64,000 nucleotides of DNA from Actinomycetes bacterium (GTDB taxonomy: Bacteria; Actinomycetota; Acidimicrobiia; Acidimicrobiales; RAAP-2). Location: contig JAJZAC010000001.1 of assembly GCA_021799615.1 (NCBI GenBank), forward strand, positions 462 to 64,461, in the 5' to 3' direction. The notes under the pieces were generated by a model. That model was not told the origin of the DNA. It did not search any database and saw only the letters and a program-made list of their open reading frames with translations. Position numbers and translations under genes: made by a program. Positions 54,478 through 64,000 of the stretch are shown here, piece by piece; position 1 is the stretch's first letter; the number at the start of each line of letters is the position of its first letter.

Positions 54478-55321
54478 GCAGGTGGCGGCGGCCCCGCCCG
54501 ACAGTGCCACGGTGTCGTTCTTCGTCCATCCCGACCGTCCGGCCGCCGTCGCCGTGCTGGAGCGGTCCGAGACGTGGCTTGCCGGTCGGGGACACCGCTC
54601 GGCCGTCGTGGCGGCGGGGGGCTCCCTGGCGCCGGGGACCGACCTGGTGGTGGCGGTGGGGGGTGACGGCACCATGCTGCGTGCCGCCGACGCCGCCTGC
54701 CGGGCGGGGGTGCCGGTCCTGGGCGTGAACGTGGGTCGGCTCGGGTACCTGGCCGAAGTGGAGGCGTCCGATGTCGAGGAGGCGCTCGCCCGCTTCCTCG
54801 ACGGCACCGCCGTCGTCGACGAGCGGATGACGCTCGGTGTGGAGATCGTCGGTCCCGACGGCCGCACCGCCGGGACCCACCAGGCCCTGAACGAGGCGGT
54901 CGTCGAGAAGACAGTGCCCGGCCACACCGTCCGGGTGGCCGCGTCGATCGACGGGCGCGCCTTCGTGACCTACGCCGCCGACGGGTTGCTGGTGGCCACC
55001 CCCACCGGGTCCACCGCCTACAACCTCTCTGCCCGCGGGCCACTGCTCTCGCCCCACCTGGCCGCCATCGTGGTCACACCCGTGTCGCCCCACATGCTCT
55101 TCGACCGCGCCCTGGTCCTCGACCCGAGCCAGTCGGTCTCGTTCGAGGTCCTGGAGCCGCGGCCCGCGGTGCTCGTCGTCGACGGCGAGACGGTCGCCAC
55201 CCTGGAGCCGGGCTGGACGGTGCGCTGCCGGCGAGGTGACCGGCCGGCCCGGCTCGTCACGTTGGGCCGGCGGCACTTCCACGCCATCCTGCGGGCCAAG
55301 TTCCAACTGGCCGATCGCTGA
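54464..55321 (+). CDS. nadK: NAD kinase
   Basis: DLVVAVGGDGTMLRAA, GVNVGRLGYL, ATPTGSTAYNLSARGP. Start at GTG 54464 or GTG 54482. Confidence 0.9.
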   Translation: MPGAEQVAAAPPDSATVSFFVHPDRPAAVAVLERSETWLAGRGHRSAVVAAGGSLAPGTDLVVAVGGDGTMLRAADAACRAGVPVLGVNVGRLGYLAEVEASDVEEALARFLDGTAVVDERMTLGVEIVGPDGRTAGTHQALNEAVVEKTVPGHTVRVAASIDGRAFVTYAADGLLVATPTGSTAYNLSARGPLLSPHLAAIVVTPVSPHMLFDRALVLDPSQSVSFEVLEPRPAVLVVDGETVATLEPGWTVRCRRGDRPARLVTLGRRHFHAILRAKFQLADR

Positions 55322-55332
55322 GGTCCGTCCGG

Positions 55333-59249
<3,917 letters not shown>

Positions 59250-59256
59250 GGGGGCC

Positions 59257-60195
59257 GTGATGGGCGAGCCGGCCACCCTCGACAGCGGCGCGGAGGAGTT
59301 CCTGACCTGGTTGGCCGTCGAGCGGGGCCGGTCCCGCAACACGCTGGCCGCCTACCGCCGCGACCTGGTGCGCTGGCAGGCCTGGCGGGCGACCCGGGGC
59401 TCGGGCCCCGAGGTGACGACGGCCGAGGTGGAGTCCTACCGGGACGAGCTCCGCGCCGGCGGGGCCACCCCGGCCTCGGTGGCCCGGATGCTGTCGACCG
59501 TGCGCGGGCTCACCCGGTTCTTGGCGGCCGAGGGCTTCGAGGCGGGCGACCCGGCGGCGGAAGTGCGCAGCCCGCCCCTGCCGCGCCGGCTGCCGAAGGC
59601 CCTCACCGAGGAGGAGGTCGTCCGCCTGATCGGGGCCGCCTCCGGCGACGCGCCGGTCGACCGCCGGGACCGGGCCCTGCTGGAGCTGCTCTACGGCACC
59701 GGAGCCCGCATCTCCGAGGTGGTCGGGCTGTCCCTCGGAGACGTCGCCGCCGCCGAGGGCCTCCTGCGGGTGGTGGGCAAGGGCGACAAGGAACGCCTGG
59801 TCCCGCTGGGCTCGATGGCCCGCGCCGCCCTCGACGACTGGCTGGCGCCACCGGGCCGGCCGGCCATGTCCCCGGCCCGGTGGGCCCGTCGCGACGACGC
59901 CGACGCGCTCTTCCTCAACATGCGGGGCGCTCGGCTGGGCCGGCAGAGCGCGTGGGACGCCGTGCACGCCCGGGCTGCGGCGGCCGGCCTGGCCGACCGG
60001 GTCAGCCCCCACGTGCTGCGCCACTCGTGCGCCACCCACCTGCTGGCCAGGGGCGCCGACATCCGGGTGGTCCAGGAGCTGCTCGGCCACGCCTCCATCG
60101 CCACCACGCAGCTCTACACGAAGATCACCGGGGAGCACCTGCGGCGGGCCTACGACGCGGCCCACCCGCGAGCCACCGGGGGAGGTGCTGGGTAG
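59257..60195 (+). CDS. xerD: Site-specific tyrosine recombinase XerD
   Basis: FLTWLAVERGRSRNTLAAYRRDL, LYGTGARISE, HVLRHSCATHLL, LLGHASIATTQLYT (the R-H-R-Y catalytic set). Synteny with Mycobacterium xerD. Confidence 0.85.
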   Translation: MMGEPATLDSGAEEFLTWLAVERGRSRNTLAAYRRDLVRWQAWRATRGSGPEVTTAEVESYRDELRAGGATPASVARMLSTVRGLTRFLAAEGFEAGDPAAEVRSPPLPRRLPKALTEEEVVRLIGAASGDAPVDRRDRALLELLYGTGARISEVVGLSLGDVAAAEGLLRVVGKGDKERLVPLGSMARAALDDWLAPPGRPAMSPARWARRDDADALFLNMRGARLGRQSAWDAVHARAAAAGLADRVSPHVLRHSCATHLLARGADIRVVQELLGHASIATTQLYTKITGEHLRRAYDAAHPRATGGGAG

Positions 60196-60196
60196 G

Positions 60197-60547
60197 ATGG
60201 GTGCCGTGCCCAACGACGCCCCGACCGTTGACTACCGGCGCCTCCTCGAGGAGGAGGGTGCGCAGCTGCGCGCCCAGCTGGCCGAACTGGGCGTGGGTGA
60301 GGGTGCCGGCGGGCTGGCGTTCGACCCCAATTTCGCCGATTCCAGCCAGGTGACCGCCGAGCGTGGCGAGCTCGAGACGCTGGTGAACCAGCTGCGGGAC
60401 TCGCTCGGCGAGGTGGCCCACGCGCTGGAGAAGCTGGCGGAGGGTGAGTACGGGCGGTGCGAGGTGTGCGGCAACGCCATCGGTGAGGCCCGCCTCGAGG
60501 CCATGCCGGCCACCCGGTTCTGCATCGAGCACGCCTCGCGGCACTGA
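60197..60547 (+). CDS. DksA/TraR-family C4-type zinc-finger protein
   Basis: Coiled-coil N-part and C-terminal CEVCGNAIGEARLEAMPATRFCIEH (CxxC-N17-C). ATG at 60197, just after the xerD stop. Confidence 0.8.
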   Translation: MGAVPNDAPTVDYRRLLEEEGAQLRAQLAELGVGEGAGGLAFDPNFADSSQVTAERGELETLVNQLRDSLGEVAHALEKLAEGEYGRCEVCGNAIGEARLEAMPATRFCIEHASRH

Positions 60548-60562
60548 CGGAACGCCGGCACC

Positions 60563-61315
60563 GTGGGAAACATGAGCGCCGGCTGGCGCAACGCCCGCCG
60601 GCCGGGGGCCGTGGACCGGCGCATCGTCATCGGCGTGGTCATCGCCGCGCTGGTGGCGGCGTACCTCGTGCACGACCACCGGATCTCCCGGTTCCAGGTC
60701 ATCTACTTCCTCGTGCTGATCCCGTCGATCATCCTGCACGAGATCTCCCACGGCGCCGTGGCCCTCCTCTTCGGTGACGACACCGCACGGCGCCAGGGCC
60801 GGCTCAGCCTGAACCCGGTGCGCCACGTGGACCCGGTGGGCACCATCATCGTCCCCGCCGTCCTCAGCCTGGCCGGCGTGGGTGCCTACGGATGGGCCAA
60901 GCCGGTCCCGGTCAACACGTCGCGCCTGCGCAGTCCCCGGAACCACACCGTCGTCGTCTCACTGGCCGGGCCGCTGACCAACCTGGTCCTGGCCGGTCTG
61001 GCCGGCCTGGCCTACGTGGCGGTGGTGCCGGCCGCCACCCGCCTGGGCTACGCCCCCCTCCCCCTGGTGGGGGAGGTGCTGCTGCTGGCCGGACTGGCCA
61101 ACCTGGTCCTGGCCGTGTTCAACCTCGTCCCCTGCCCGCCCCTCGACGGGGCCGCCGTCCTCGAGCGCCTCATCCCCGCCCGCCACCTCGGCGACTACTA
61201 CCGCCTCCAGCCGGCGCTGATGTTCCTCCCCTTCGTCCTGGTGCTCCTGTTCCAGCACCAGTGGATCTCGCTGGTGCAACACCTGTACAACTGGTGGGCA
61301 CAGCTCTTCTCCTGA
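60563..61315 (+). CDS. Site-2 protease family (M50) membrane metalloprotease
   Basis: HExxH in a TM segment (IILHEISHGAVALLFGD), a second motif NLVLAVFNLVPCPPLDG, multi-TM. Confidence 0.8.
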   Translation: MGNMSAGWRNARRPGAVDRRIVIGVVIAALVAAYLVHDHRISRFQVIYFLVLIPSIILHEISHGAVALLFGDDTARRQGRLSLNPVRHVDPVGTIIVPAVLSLAGVGAYGWAKPVPVNTSRLRSPRNHTVVVSLAGPLTNLVLAGLAGLAYVAVVPAATRLGYAPLPLVGEVLLLAGLANLVLAVFNLVPCPPLDGAAVLERLIPARHLGDYYRLQPALMFLPFVLVLLFQHQWISLVQHLYNWWAQLFS

Positions 61316-61378
61316 GGCTCCGGGGGCGCTCGTGATCGAGCTGACCGCCTGGTTCCCGTGGGCGCCGTCGCGCCGGGG

Positions 61379-62362
61379 TCAGCCGGCCGGGACCAGTCCC
61401 ATGGCGTCCGCCGCCCTGCGGTAGGTGGCCGACGCCACCGCCCCGGCCTTGCCCGCCCCGGCGGCGAGGAGGGCGGCGACCGCCCCCGGATCGCCCGCCA
61501 GCTCGGCCCGGCGTTCCCGCACCGGCCGCAACAGCTCGACCAGCGCCTCGGACAGGTCCCGTTTCAGGTCGCCGTAGCGCTCGTAGTCGGCGGCCACGTC
61601 GTCGGGGGTGCGGCCGGTGGCCGCGGCCAGGAGCTCGAGCAGGTTGGAGAGCCCCGGCTTTGCCTCGGGGTCGAAGCGCACCTCGCCGTCGGTGTCGGTG
61701 ACCGCCTTGCGCACCTTGCGGTCGATCTCGTCGGGGGTGTCGAGCATCTGGATGGTCCCGAGCGGGGTGCCACCGGTCTTCGACATCTTCTTCGTCGGCT
61801 CCTGCAGGTCCATCACCCGAGCTCCGGTGGCCGGTACCGCCGCCTCGGGAACGGTGAAGACGGCGCCGTAGCGGTGGTTGAACCGCTGGGCCAGGTCCCG
61901 AGCCAGTTCGAGGTGCTGGCGCTGGTCGTCGCCGACGGGGACCCGGTCGGAGTCGTAGAGCAGGATGTCGGCCGCCATCAGCACCGGGTACGTGAACAGA
62001 CCGACGCGGACCCCTTCGTTCCCCGCCCCTTTGTCCTTGAACTGGGTCATCCGTCGCAGCTCTCCCATCGACGCCGTGCACTCCAACAGCCAGGTGAGGC
62101 GGGGGTGCTCGGGAACGTGGCTCTGGACGAACAGGGTGCAGACGTCGGGGTCGAGGCCGGCGGCCACCAGGTCGATCACCGCGTCGAGGGTGCGGGCCCG
62201 CAGATCGGCCGGGTCGACGTCGACGGTGAGGGCGTGGAGGTCGACCACGCAGTAGAAGGCGTCGTGATCGTGCTGGTGGGCCACCCACGAGCGGATGGCA
62301 CCCAGGTAGTTGCCGAGGTGCAGCGCACCGCTGGGCTGCACACCGGAGAGGACCCTGGCCAT
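61379..62362 (-). CDS. trpS: Tryptophan--tRNA ligase
   Basis: SGVQPSGALHLGNYLGAI (HIGH region) and KMSKT. Confidence 0.95.
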   Translation of the reverse strand: MARVLSGVQPSGALHLGNYLGAIRSWVAHQHDHDAFYCVVDLHALTVDVDPADLRARTLDAVIDLVAAGLDPDVCTLFVQSHVPEHPRLTWLLECTASMGELRRMTQFKDKGAGNEGVRVGLFTYPVLMAADILLYDSDRVPVGDDQRQHLELARDLAQRFNHRYGAVFTVPEAAVPATGARVMDLQEPTKKMSKTGGTPLGTIQMLDTPDEIDRKVRKAVTDTDGEVRFDPEAKPGLSNLLELLAAATGRTPDDVAADYERYGDLKRDLSEALVELLRPVRERRAELAGDPGAVAALLAAGAGKAGAVASATYRRAADAMGLVPAG

Positions 62363-62450
62363 GGGAGGTCATCGTAGGGGATGGACCGTCGGGTCCCCGG
62401 CGCTGCGGGGTGCGCGATCCGGGTCCCGTCAGCCGGTATCGTCGGTCGGC

Positions 62451-63230
62451 GTGACCGCCACCGTCGCCACACCCGTCTTCGAGGGTCCGGTCGACCTGTT
62501 GCTCCAGCTGGTCAACAGCCACCAGGTGGACATCTACGACGTCCCGCTGGCCCAGGTGGTGGATGCCTTCGTGGCCGAGGTCGCCGGGTGGGAGGCCGTC
62601 GACCTGCCCACCCTGTCGGAGTTCCTGGTGGTGGCGGCCGTGCTGGTGGAGCTGAAGTCCCGCCGCCTGCTCCCCGGGCCCGACGAGGTGGAACCGGACG
62701 AGGAGCTCTCGGGCTGGGAGGAGCGCGACCTGCTGCTGGCACGCCTGCTCGAGTGTGCCGCGTACGCGGCCGCCGGCGACGCCTTCGCACTCCTGGCCGA
62801 ACGGGCGGCGGCCTCGGTGCCCCGCACCGCCGGGCTGGGGGACGACGTGGAGGTCCGGGCGCCCGATCTGCTGGCGGGGACCACACCGGCCCAGGTCGCC
62901 GACGCCTACCGTCGGGCCACGGCGGCGCGGCCGGTCCCGGTGGTGGACCTGGCCCACGTGACGGTGGACGCGGTCAGCGTGTCGGAGGCGGTCGCCGAGC
63001 TGTCGGTGCGCCTGCCGGCCGCGGGACCGAGCACGTTCCGGGAGCTGACGGCGCACCTGGCCGGGCGGATGGAGATCATCGTGCGGTTCCTCGCCCTCCT
63101 CGAGCTGTGCAAGCAGGGACGGGTCACCCTCGACCAGGGGCAGTCCTTCGGGGAGCTCCGGGTGGCGTGGGTGACAGGCGCCCCCGAGCCGGTCGGCGCC
63201 GGTGCGGGCGTCGACGACTACGAGGGATGA
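62451..63230 (+). CDS. scpA: Segregation and condensation protein A
   Basis: FEGPVDLLLQLVNSHQVDIYDVPLAQVVDAFV. GTG start at 62451. The stop overlaps the scpB ATG. Confidence 0.85.
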   Translation: MTATVATPVFEGPVDLLLQLVNSHQVDIYDVPLAQVVDAFVAEVAGWEAVDLPTLSEFLVVAAVLVELKSRRLLPGPDEVEPDEELSGWEERDLLLARLLECAAYAAAGDAFALLAERAAASVPRTAGLGDDVEVRAPDLLAGTTPAQVADAYRRATAARPVPVVDLAHVTVDAVSVSEAVAELSVRLPAAGPSTFRELTAHLAGRMEIIVRFLALLELCKQGRVTLDQGQSFGELRVAWVTGAPEPVGAGAGVDDYEG

Positions 63231-63817
63231 CCGTGCCGCTGTCCGACGAGGCCCGGGCCGTCGAGGCGGTGCTCACGGTGGCGGTGGAGCCGGTCCCGCC
63301 GGGCATCCTCGGCGAGCTCCTGGAGCTGCCGGCCGACCAGGTGGAGTCGGTCTGCGACGAGCTGGTGCGCTCGTGCGACGAGGGCAACCGGGGTTTCGTG
63401 GTGGTCCGCGTGGCCGGCGGGTACCGGATGCAGAGCCATCCGGACCTCGCCCCCTACGTCGAGCGGTTCGCCAACGTGGGCGTCTCGGCCCGCCTGTCCG
63501 CCGCCGCCCTCGAGACGTTGGCCATCGTGGCCTACCGCCAGCCCGTGTCGCGGACCCAGATCGCCTCGCTGCGGGGGGTGAACGTCGACGGCGTGGTCCG
63601 GCTGCTCGAGCACCGGGGTTACATCGCGCCGGTCGGCCGGGCCGACGGGCCGGGCCAGGCCGTCCTCTACGGCACCACCGACGCCTTCCTCGAACGCCTC
63701 GGTCTCGACCGCCTGGACCAGCTCCCGCCGGTGGAGGACCTGCTGCCCGACGTCGAGCGTCTGGGCGAGCTGGAGGAGCGCCTGCGCGGTGGTGACACCG
63801 ATGGCGGTGGCGCCTGA
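63227..63817 (+). CDS. scpB: Segregation and condensation protein B
   Basis: [57 protein letters not shown]. Confidence 0.85.
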   Translation: MTVPLSDEARAVEAVLTVAVEPVPPGILGELLELPADQVESVCDELVRSCDEGNRGFVVVRVAGGYRMQSHPDLAPYVERFANVGVSARLSAAALETLAIVAYRQPVSRTQIASLRGVNVDGVVRLLEHRGYIAPVGRADGPGQAVLYGTTDAFLERLGLDRLDQLPPVEDLLPDVERLGELEERLRGGDTDGGGA

Positions 63818-64000
63818 GCCCGGCGGGACGTCCCCGCCGGGGGCGTCGCCGCTCCCGGACGGCGAACGCCTCCAGAAGGTCCTGGCCAGGGTGGGGGTCG
63901 GCTCCCGGCGCGCCTGCGAGGAGCTGATCGAGGCCGGCCGGGTGAGCGTGAACGGGACCGCCGCCGTGCTCGGGAGGCGGGTCGACCCCGAGCACGACGT
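63801..64000 (+). CDS. Pseudouridine synthase (RluB/RsuA family), 5' part only
   Basis: S4 domain [31 protein letters not shown]. Conserved position after scpB. Truncated by the window end. Confidence 0.7.
   Translation, partial: MAVAPEPGGTSPPGASPLPDGERLQKVLARVGVGSRRACEELIEAGRVSVNGTAAVLGRRVDPEHD

Overview
Very GC-rich, actinobacterial-type chromosomal window; third codon positions are almost all G/C, which produces many long spurious shadow ORFs in the six-frame track. I can support about 60 protein genes, 2 tRNAs (Val-CAC, Leu-GAG), several pseudogenes and a set of repeats and operator-like palindromes. Most of the window is conserved housekeeping synteny known from Mycobacterium and other Actinomycetota. 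Block 1 is coaE-uvrB-uvrA, an orphan nadA, then uvrC-rapZ-yvcK-gap-pgk-tpiA-secG, with whiA conspicuously missing. Block 2 is HAD phosphatase, a phasin/H1-like protein, tlyA-nadK-recN-pyrG-NUDIX-xerD, a DksA/TraR zinc finger, an M50 protease, trpS, and scpA-scpB-rluB. Accessory content: a Phd/RelE toxin-antitoxin (TA) module directly behind tRNA-Val; a 3.7-kb islet behind tRNA-Leu (toxin-like/DUF2283 pair, decayed IS3 orfA, metallophosphoesterase, MazEF, decayed VapBC); a sugar ABC transporter; a rhodanese-MBL (persulfide-dioxygenase-like) gene divergent from a CDF metal exporter; a giant AftD-like GT-C glycosyltransferase; and an FAD oxidase-serA pair. The most interesting items are: (1) the same 16-bp CsoR/RcnR-type palindrome (ATACCC-N4-GGGTAT) at two loci 33 kb apart, one overlapping the start of an untracked 52-aa Cys-rich ORF; (2) a seamless MurE-like ligase-GT2 glycosyltransferase fusion with an altered DNPR motif; (3) a phasin-like protein with a histone-H1-like AKKA-repeat tail behind a near-consensus leaderless promoter; (4) a 30-bp perfect palindrome between tRNA-Val and the phd start. 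All functional calls come from motif recognition by eye; no database search was possible.
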